Below, in pieces: positions 57,196 to 64,000 of a stretch of 64,000 nt of DNA. The first letter of the stretch is position 1, and every line of letters starts with the position of its first letter. The position numbers were made by a program, and so were the translations under genes. The stretch comes from Candidatus Bathyarchaeota archaeon (lineage in GTDB: Archaea > Thermoproteota > Bathyarchaeia > TCS64). The DNA is taken from assembly GCA_043826455.1 (NCBI GenBank), contig JBDRQD010000015.1, positions 64,001 through 128,000 of the forward strand. Direction: 5' to 3'. The notes under the pieces are model-generated. The model was given only the letters and a program-made list of their open reading frames with translations. It searched no databases and had not been told where the DNA came from.

Positions 57196-58350
57196 TTGAG
57201 CGACGATAGGCCTAGGCACCTGAGGGTCCTCTACGCCACCATATTCCTGAGCGCCACTGGGCTGGGCACCACCACCTTCCTGCTGCCCGTGTACGCCACA
57301 AGCATAGGGGCCAGCTACGTGGACTTGGGGCTCCTGGGGGCGGTTGGTAACATAGTGTACACTGTGTTCACCCTCACGACGGGTCTCCTGCTGGACCGTT
57401 TCGAGAGGCTCAGGCTATACACCGTTTACGCGTTCATGGGGGCCCTCATCCTGGGGTTCTTCACCTTGGCCGACGACATCCCCCGGCTTGTGATCGCTAG
57501 GGCCCTCATGGGTGTGGCCTCGGCCTCCTTCTGGGTCTCAGCTAGCACCCTGACCGCGGACATATCTCCCCCGGATAGGCTCACTCAGAGCATGGGCAGG
57601 TACAACCTCAGCTGGATCACGGGCTTCGCCATCGGCCCCTTCCTGGGCGGCCTCGTATCGTCCAACCTGGGCTTCAACGCCCTGTTCCTGTGCACGGCGT
57701 CTCTGCTGGTGGCCAGCGGCCTCCTTAGCCAGTTGCTGCTCAGGCCCCGGTTGTCCCTCAGGAACCGCTCCGGCTCGGAGGGGCTCAGCCTGGCCCCCTT
57801 CAGGAGGCTCTCCGCCGCCTACCTGACACTCCTGCCCTTCACCATGGTTCTGGGCATCTACATGGCCATCGTGCCCGGCCACCTTAGCTTGGAGGGGCTG
57901 ACGGCCTCAACTGTGGGCCTCCTCGTCACCATGACTAACGTCGTGAGGGGGCTCACCTTCGTCAACGTTGAGCGTTTCGTGGCCTGGGGCGCCCGCAGGA
58001 GTGTAGCCCTCGCGTCGGCCCTCCTGGTCTCAGGGATGCTGGTGTTCAGCTACTCGACCGGCCTAGCCGGCTACGCGTCGGCCCTCGCCCTGTACGGAGT
58101 GGCTGCCGGCATAATGACGCCCGTGGTCCTGGACTACATAGTCAAGAGGTGTGAGCCTGGGTCCCTGGGCGCGGCCATGGGCGTCCACGAGGGGGTCTAT
58201 GGCGTAGGCATGTTCATAGGCCCCATAGCCGGGGGCGGCCTCGCCGAGGTCTACGGACCCCAGATCCTCTACAGGGCCCTGGCCGCCCTATCCGTGGCTG
58301 TTCTTCCTCTGTCGAGGCGTTTGGAGCCCGATGATAAGCACAGCACCTGA
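57196..58350 (+). CDS. MFS transporter
   Basis: GLLLDRF motif A variant and about 12 TMs. Confidence 0.85.
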   Translation: MSDDRPRHLRVLYATIFLSATGLGTTTFLLPVYATSIGASYVDLGLLGAVGNIVYTVFTLTTGLLLDRFERLRLYTVYAFMGALILGFFTLADDIPRLVIARALMGVASASFWVSASTLTADISPPDRLTQSMGRYNLSWITGFAIGPFLGGLVSSNLGFNALFLCTASLLVASGLLSQLLLRPRLSLRNRSGSEGLSLAPFRRLSAAYLTLLPFTMVLGIYMAIVPGHLSLEGLTASTVGLLVTMTNVVRGLTFVNVERFVAWGARRSVALASALLVSGMLVFSYSTGLAGYASALALYGVAAGIMTPVVLDYIVKRCEPGSLGAAMGVHEGVYGVGMFIGPIAGGGLAEVYGPQILYRALAALSVAVLPLSRRLEPDDKHST

Positions 58351-58383
58351 AGACATTTTACCCGCCGTTTCCATTCAACGGGG

Positions 58384-59214
58384 ATGGGCTTGACAAGGGT
58401 AGCGATAGTCAAGGGTGAGCGCAGCCTGGAGACCGTGTACAGGGCCCTGGACCTGGTCCCGTACAGGGAGGCCCTGGAGCCATTCAGCAGAGTTCTCATT
58501 AAGGTGAACTTCATCACCGCCAAGAACTGGGAGACGGGGGCAACCACGGACCCCGTGGTCGTGGAGGCCATCATAAACCGGGTCAGGGACCTGGGTAAGG
58601 AGCCTGTGGTGGTGGAGTCTGACGCCCAGATGACTAACGCGGACAAGGCGGTGGTGGTCAGCGGCATGAAGGAGATGCTGGACCGGGTGGGGGTGCCCTT
58701 CGTCAACATGCGCCACTCGGAGGAGAAGGTGGAGGTGCCCGTCAGGGGCGGCAAGACCCTTGACAGCATCAAGGTAGCCAAGATCGCCACTGAGTCGGCC
58801 ATCATCAGCGCGGCCAAGCTCAAGACCCACATGGGCACCGGCGTCACCCTGGGCATGAAGAACATGTTCGGGATGCTCACCACCAAATGGAAGGGCCGCT
58901 ACCACATGAACGGCATGCACAAGGTCATCCACGACATATGCTTGACCCTGCTACCCAGCCTGACGGTGATAGACGGCTTCGTGGCCATGGAGGGCAGGGG
59001 CCCAGTCCACGGCACCCCCGTCAGGATGGACACAGTCATTGCTGGGACGGACGTGGTGGCCACGGACGCCGTTGCGTGCAGGGTCATGGGGTTCACCCCG
59101 GACGAGATAGACCACATAGTGTGGGGCCACCAGTCAGGGATCGGCACCATGGAAGATGTTGAGGTTGTCGGGGACGGAGTGGACTCCGTCTGCCGCGTTT
59201 TCGCCCGGCTCTAG
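58384..59214 (+). CDS. DUF362-domain protein
   Basis: VLIKVN, TTDP, KLKTH..TGVTLGMKN.FG and EG.GP motifs. Confidence 0.9.
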   Translation: MGLTRVAIVKGERSLETVYRALDLVPYREALEPFSRVLIKVNFITAKNWETGATTDPVVVEAIINRVRDLGKEPVVVESDAQMTNADKAVVVSGMKEMLDRVGVPFVNMRHSEEKVEVPVRGGKTLDSIKVAKIATESAIISAAKLKTHMGTGVTLGMKNMFGMLTTKWKGRYHMNGMHKVIHDICLTLLPSLTVIDGFVAMEGRGPVHGTPVRMDTVIAGTDVVATDAVACRVMGFTPDEIDHIVWGHQSGIGTMEDVEVVGDGVDSVCRVFARL

Positions 59215-60440
59215 GACCTGACCGCATTCTCCTCGCTTATCTGCATGGCTGCGGTCGGGTACAGCGCCACCTCGGCGTCTGACCCGTGGACGTTCTCAAG
59301 CAGCTTCAACGCCTCTCCCCAGGTCTTGACCCACTGGCTGCCCTCGCCGTAGTAGTACTCGTCGGCCCTGGCGATCTGGGGGCTGACGCAGAGGACGCGG
59401 CTCATCCTCCACGGCTTTCGGAGGTACGTGGTCTTGGTCCAGCCTCTGCCTCCGTACTCGGTGCCGAATCGGCCGTTGTAGTGGTGGACCCTGCACCCCT
59501 CCGGGGTGTAGAGGAGGAACACCATGTCGCCGCCCTCCCGCACCGAGTCGTTGAGCAGGTAGTAAGCCTTGTAGCCCTCGTTGGCCATGGGGTAGCCGTT
59601 GCCGACCACTATGTCCGCGTCCCTCACCAGCTTCGTGGCGTAGTGTTTTCTGGCGATCTTCAGCCCGGCCCTGTGGGCGTCCACTAGGTCCCCGCAGACC
59701 AGGTCGGCAACGTCGCAGTCGCCGTTGAGGAACGCGTTGATGACGAAGTCGAAGCCCGCCATCCTGGCCGCCTCCTCGCTGTCCAGGCGCCGCACGTTCT
59801 CCTCGACCCTGCCGGGGCCCGTGCCCTCCCTTATCCTGTGGTTGTGAGTGATGGCGTCGATGCCTGCCACCCCCGGCACTATCATCTTGCTTCCGCCGCC
59901 GAACCCGTACCCGAAGTGGGGCATCATGACTCCCAGGGTGACCCGCATGTCGCACTCCATAACCTCCCTGTTGATGTGCACGGGAGTCCCGTGGCTGGTG
60001 GTGCCCAGGTCCACGGTGTTCTCGAAGCAGCAGTGGTTGAACACGAGGTACTTTTCAGGTGTCTCCGGGCCCAGCTTCTTCTGGAAGTCGAAGAGGAGGC
60101 GGCCGTGGTGGGCCCCCGTGGCCATCATGAACACTATCTGGTCGTCCCTTAGGCCCCCCTCATGGAGTTCGCCCAGCACCGCCGGCAGCATCTGGTACTG
60201 CTTTGTTGGACGCGTCATGTCGTCGAACACGATGACACAACGCTTCTTGCCCTCGGCCAGCTCGCTCAGCCTCGGAGTACCCACCGGGTGACTCAGCTTC
60301 TCTGCCACGAGTTCAGTTGACAGCTTGGGAGCGCTGTGACCCCTCATCCTTCGCTCATGTATCTTCCAACCGTCCGGGAAGACCAGTTCCTCCGGATTCC
60401 AGCCGTAGAATTCCCACGCCGGGACTTTGTAAGATTGCAT
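59211..60440 (-). CDS. LarA-family (nickel-pincer-dependent) 2-hydroxy-acid racemase/epimerase
   Basis: DDMTRP, ATGAH, NH, PHFGYGFGGGSK...PG and ITHNH motifs. Confidence 0.85.
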   Translation of the reverse strand: MQSYKVPAWEFYGWNPEELVFPDGWKIHERRMRGHSAPKLSTELVAEKLSHPVGTPRLSELAEGKKRCVIVFDDMTRPTKQYQMLPAVLGELHEGGLRDDQIVFMMATGAHHGRLLFDFQKKLGPETPEKYLVFNHCCFENTVDLGTTSHGTPVHINREVMECDMRVTLGVMMPHFGYGFGGGSKMIVPGVAGIDAITHNHRIREGTGPGRVEENVRRLDSEEAARMAGFDFVINAFLNGDCDVADLVCGDLVDAHRAGLKIARKHYATKLVRDADIVVGNGYPMANEGYKAYYLLNDSVREGGDMVFLLYTPEGCRVHHYNGRFGTEYGGRGWTKTTYLRKPWRMSRVLCVSPQIARADEYYYGEGSQWVKTWGEALKLLENVHGSDAEVALYPTAAMQISEENAVRS

Positions 60441-60492
60441 GTATTATCCTTTGCTCCTGAGTTAAATTAACTCCCGCCTCCACAGACGCACG

Positions 60493-60518
60493 TAAACATA
60501 TGTTTAAACATATGTTTA
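60493..60518. promoter_or_regulatory. Perfect 26-bp palindrome (two tandem AAACATATGTTT), candidate operator
   Basis: TAAACATATGTTTAAACATATGTTTA abuts a TTTATAT TATA-like box about 35 bp upstream of vapB. Confidence 0.7.
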
Positions 60519-60552
60519 TATTGGTTTGAGTTTCACGATCCAATGAGAGACG

Positions 60553-60774
60553 GTGACGAAGACACTAACCATACGGGACGAGGTGTACAACAAGTTACTC
60601 ATGATCAAACGGGAGGACGAGAGCTTCAGCGACCTCTTCCTGAGGCTGTCAGAGGAGCAGAACACCACGCAGCTGCTCGAACAGCTTAGGGGCACGTTGG
60701 ATATACCTGACACCGAGCAGCTTCTGTCAGAGGTTAGGACAAGGAGGGCGGAGAAGAGGTATGATAGTCCTTGA
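60553..60774 (+). CDS. vapB: VapB-family antitoxin (DUF217-like)
   Basis: TKTLTIRDEVY..L...K...ESFSDL..RL pattern. Confidence 0.88.
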   Translation: MTKTLTIRDEVYNKLLMIKREDESFSDLFLRLSEEQNTTQLLEQLRGTLDIPDTEQLLSEVRTRRAEKRYDSP

Positions 60775-61147
60775 CACCGATGTCCTCATAGAGATACTCA
60801 ACAAGAGAAGCAGACGGGGTGAGGACGCCGTTGAGGTTCTAAAGTCGAGTGACGAGGACGTCGTCACAACCTCCATAGCCATCCATGAGGTCCAGTACGG
60901 CCTCGAGAAGAGGGGAAAGATGAACCCTGACATCCTCCGCCTGCGGGCCCTCCCCTACACCAAGGGCGATGCCCATCTCTCCGCCAAGCTGGAACTACTC
61001 GCGGAGGGAGACGGCACACCGATACACAGGATGGACGCCATGATCGCGTCCATCGCCATCAACAACGGCGCCAGGCTCTTCACATACAACTTAAGCCACT
61101 ACAAGCCACTGCAACAACACGGGCTGCAGCTGCTGGAAGTCCACTGA
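60761..61147 (+). CDS. vapC: VapC-family PIN toxin
   Basis: IVLDTDVLI, E...G, DAMIASIA and TYNLSHY motifs. Confidence 0.9.
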   Translation: MIVLDTDVLIEILNKRSRRGEDAVEVLKSSDEDVVTTSIAIHEVQYGLEKRGKMNPDILRLRALPYTKGDAHLSAKLELLAEGDGTPIHRMDAMIASIAINNGARLFTYNLSHYKPLQQHGLQLLEVH

Positions 61148-61330
61148 TAACAATAAAAACCAATAAACTTAGCTAAAAGCAACTCGAAAAAATATCACAT
61201 TCTTCCACGCAGCTGTCATAGCCCCCTAATTCGCACAATTCCCAGCCACTGGGAACAAACCCTGGGCCCCCAAAGAACACCTCTAAAAACACCAAATTAC
61301 AAGTAGCTTGTAACAAAAGGTTGGGGAGGA

Positions 61331-62506
61331 TTACTCCTCGATGATCTCCACGTTAGCCCTGGGCACAGTGACCACGCGGCCGTCCTCCAGCTCGATGTTC
61401 ACCACACGCACCATGCTCTCCGACTCCAGCTGCTGCAACTCTACTGGCAGGCTGTGAACCTTCCCTATGGCGCCGAAGTAGGGCTGCCGGATGATCCTGA
61501 TGGGCGTCCCCGGGACCATTCCGCTGGAGAGGGACTCCTCGCCGCCCTCCCGCCCCTTCAACTCGTGGGGGATGATGATCTCCGGCCTAAGGACGCCGGC
61601 CCTGATCTGGGTAGCGCCGTTGACGCAGGCCCTGTAGCCCTCGAAGTCCTTGAGGAGGTCAAAGGTGCGTTGGCTCATGACCATATTGCCGAAGCCCTCA
61701 GTGATGATCAGGGTGATGCCCACCTCCTCCTGGCCGGTGATGGCTACGCCTATCTCCTCACCTGTGAAGGCGATGAGGTCCTCATGCCTGATGCCTCCGC
61801 TGACGATGCCGGAGGCCCCCACCTCCACGGCCTTCCTGAGGGCGTCCAGGGTCACCCGGCTGCCTCCGATCAGGATCAGGCCCTTGTGCTCGGGCTTGAT
61901 CATGTCAGCGTCCAGCACCTGGTCGCTGCTCTCCACCATCATGTGGATGTCGCCGTGGGTCTCCCCGCCGATGCCGAAGATGCCCTGGATGAAGGCGGCG
62001 TTGGCCTCGATGACGGCGCCCTCTCTGGGCATCACCTCCACTACTGCGCCCGGGATGTAGGCGTCCACCTCCACCGGGATGGGAGAACCCCTGATGATGA
62101 CCTGGCCCGTGATCTCGCTGATGCTCTCGATGGTGCCCGTGACCGGGGTCTTGACTCTCTTCTTGATGAGGCCGAAGAGGGCCGTGTAGTAGGCGATGAG
62201 CTCATCCTTCTCCACCTTTTCCCCCAGCTGCTTCAACATGAACCTGGGTACGTCCTCGGCCTCCACTCCCAGGATCATGCCCGCCTTAATGATCTCGGGG
62301 TCTCCGCTGATCTCGGTACGAGCGATGACTTCGTCGTACTCCACCCTGTCCCCAACCTTGGGGAAGACCTCCCCCAGGATGGGGAGCCGCCTCATCTTCT
62401 CCACGCTCATGGACCGCTTGACCTTGAGGCCAGGCGTATAGGCGTGGGCTTCCTCAGTCTCCTTCTCGTTTCCGTTAGTCTTCTTTGCTTCTGCTTTCTT
62501 CACCAT
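61331..62506 (-). CDS. Conserved hypothetical GlmL-associated protein (barrel-sandwich-hybrid-like segments, C-terminal KOW-like segment)
   Basis: AHAYTPGLKV, RRLPI.GEV, IQGIFGIGGE, TEGFG, GATQIRAGV.RPE and VPRANVE segments; 1 bp from the GlmL-like stop. Confidence 0.75.
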   Translation of the reverse strand: MVKKAEAKKTNGNEKETEEAHAYTPGLKVKRSMSVEKMRRLPILGEVFPKVGDRVEYDEVIARTEISGDPEIIKAGMILGVEAEDVPRFMLKQLGEKVEKDELIAYYTALFGLIKKRVKTPVTGTIESISEITGQVIIRGSPIPVEVDAYIPGAVVEVMPREGAVIEANAAFIQGIFGIGGETHGDIHMMVESSDQVLDADMIKPEHKGLILIGGSRVTLDALRKAVEVGASGIVSGGIRHEDLIAFTGEEIGVAITGQEEVGITLIITEGFGNMVMSQRTFDLLKDFEGYRACVNGATQIRAGVLRPEIIIPHELKGREGGEESLSSGMVPGTPIRIIRQPYFGAIGKVHSLPVELQQLESESMVRVVNIELEDGRVVTVPRANVEIIEE

Positions 62507-62507
62507 C

Positions 62508-64000
62508 TTAGATCAGCGCCTCCAGCTTGTCCGCGTCGTATAGATTCACTGACTTGAACCAGCTCAGTAAAAGCTCCTTCCTCTGGCTCTCGTTCTCCGG
62601 CAAGTACAGGGGTCTGCCGCGGGCATCCATCATGACGCCGGCTATGCCGCCGCTCACAGTGGTCTCAAGCTCCTTACCAGGGCCGGCGCCCACGTTGAAC
62701 TCCTTGGCGGGCGTAATCATGGCCTTCGCCTCCTCCCTCTCATGGAGCTCCACGATCTTGATCTCGCCGAAGTTGAGCTCCTCCTTCACGTGCTCACCGT
62801 TGGGCATGTCCAGCTCCACTGTCATGCAGAGCTCGCCCAGCTTTCCTGTGCCAGCGGCCGCAATGTTGGTTCCCATCCTGACCAGGCAGTCCTTGTCGAA
62901 GACGCTCCACGCCGCTTCCCGGTATACCGTGCTCAGGACGCCTATGTGGGGCATCATGAAGACGCTGTCCTGGAACATCCTGGTGACTCCCTCGGGGAGC
63001 CAGGCGTCGCTGAGGATGTACATGGCTTGGACTCGCCTGGGCGCATGGCTCAGGAGCCCGCCTGTGCCTGCGCAGATGGCGATGTTCATCATCTCTACGT
63101 AGCTGTCAGCCACAGCCTGCTCGAACATGTCGCTGATGGTTCTCTGCAGCTGTATGCCTTTGAGTCTTGTAGCGATGGTCCTGTGGTGGTGCAGGCCCAG
63201 TCTTAGGGCCTCGCGCGCCACTGAGTGCTCCACTATGAGGTCCTCCAGGGTCTGGGGGATGGTGGTGGGCCTGATCATCTTGTTCATGAGGCGGCTGGCT
63301 ACCTCCTCTTTGTCCAGGTTGAAGGGTATCCACCTCATGATGTTGTCGATGCCCGCCTCCTTCATTACGTTGGTGACGCTGTAGCTCATGCCTAGGTTGG
63401 CTGACACAGAGCGGACGAACCTGCCGTCCACCACCGAGTACACGTTGGTGGTGGCTCCGCCCAGACCGACGCCCAGCACGTTCTGCTTGTATGAGTTAGC
63501 GATAAGCTGCATGGCCATGCCCTCGCCCGCTGGCGTCGGCATGATGTCGACGTCCGTCCACTTCATTAGTTTCTGGTACCCTGGGGCGTGACTCATGACG
63601 TGCTCCATGAAGAGCTCGTGGACGGCGCGTCTAGCGGGCTCGGTGTTCTCCACCTCCAGGACGGGCCTGATGTTGTCCACCATCTGTAGGGCGAACCCCG
63701 ACTTCAGGAGGTTCTCGATCTCCTTCCTCAGGGTCTTGTTTCCAGCGTAGACGATGGGGAGGTTGTAGGCTACGCCAAGCCTGGGCTTGGGCTCTGCGGC
63801 CTTGATGAGCTCCGCTATCTCCATGACGTGGCTGCCGGCGCCACCGTCGGTGCCCCCTGCCATGAGGATCATGTCGGGCCTTAGGCTCCTGATCCTCCGG
63901 ATCTTCTGGTAGGGCTGTCTTCCGTCGTCTCTGGCGATGACGTCCATTACTATGGCGCCTGCTCCGAGGGCCGCCCTGTTGGCGCTCTCAGCGGTCATGG
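62508..64000 (-). CDS. glmL: GlmL/MutL-like (glutamate-mutase-associated ASKHA-fold) protein, 5'-truncated by the window edge
   Basis: TAESA.RAALGAGA, PDMILMAGGTDGG, YAGN, MPTP, GGATT.VYS, RSVSANLGM and GTGG motifs. Confidence 0.8.
   Translation of the reverse strand, partial: MTAESANRAALGAGAIVMDVIARDDGRQPYQKIRRIRSLRPDMILMAGGTDGGAGSHVMEIAELIKAAEPKPRLGVAYNLPIVYAGNKTLRKEIENLLKSGFALQMVDNIRPVLEVENTEPARRAVHELFMEHVMSHAPGYQKLMKWTDVDIMPTPAGEGMAMQLIANSYKQNVLGVGLGGATTNVYSVVDGRFVRSVSANLGMSYSVTNVMKEAGIDNIMRWIPFNLDKEEVASRLMNKMIRPTTIPQTLEDLIVEHSVAREALRLGLHHHRTIATRLKGIQLQRTISDMFEQAVADSYVEMMNIAICAGTGGLLSHAPRRVQAMYILSDAWLPEGVTRMFQDSVFMMPHIGVLSTVYREAAWSVFDKDCLVRMGTNIAAAGTGKLGELCMTVELDMPNGEHVKEELNFGEIKIVELHEREEAKAMITPAKEFNVGAGPGKELETTVSGGIAGVMMDARGRPLYLPENESQRKELLLSWFKSVNLYDADKLEALI

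Overview
High-GC archaeal chromosomal window (Top6A/B, aIF-1A-Rio1-KH cluster, PDCD5-like protein, many TTG/GTG starts). Bathyarchaeia is my inference from gene content, not something the sequence proves. Gene blocks in order: (1) two convergent xanthine-dehydrogenase-family molybdoenzyme operons with XdhC and MocA; (2) a variant NikR divergent from a P1B metal ATPase; (3) TupABC divergent from moaADECB-moeA; (4) kynureninase, a VapBC pair, two MFS transporters and a family III CoA-transferase; (5) a low-GC pair of exported paralogs; (6) core information-processing and sugar-nucleotide genes; (7) rSAM/SPASM, LLM oxidoreductase and creatininase genes; (8) a four-gene DUF6754 membrane operon among peptide/amino-acid catabolic genes; (9) a LarA-family gene, a second VapBC pair, and an orphan GlmL-like gene with a conserved partner. 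I found no tRNA, rRNA, transposase, integrase or cas genes. The strongest leads are a six-copy array of the palindrome AATGGTACCATT with unique spacers at 20610-20870, the uncharacterised DUF6754/GlmL system, a probable CTG start for XdhC, a NikR lacking one canonical Ni ligand, an ArsD-like six-Cys protein, and an unannotated 36-aa membrane microprotein. All family assignments come from motif recognition; no database searches were run.
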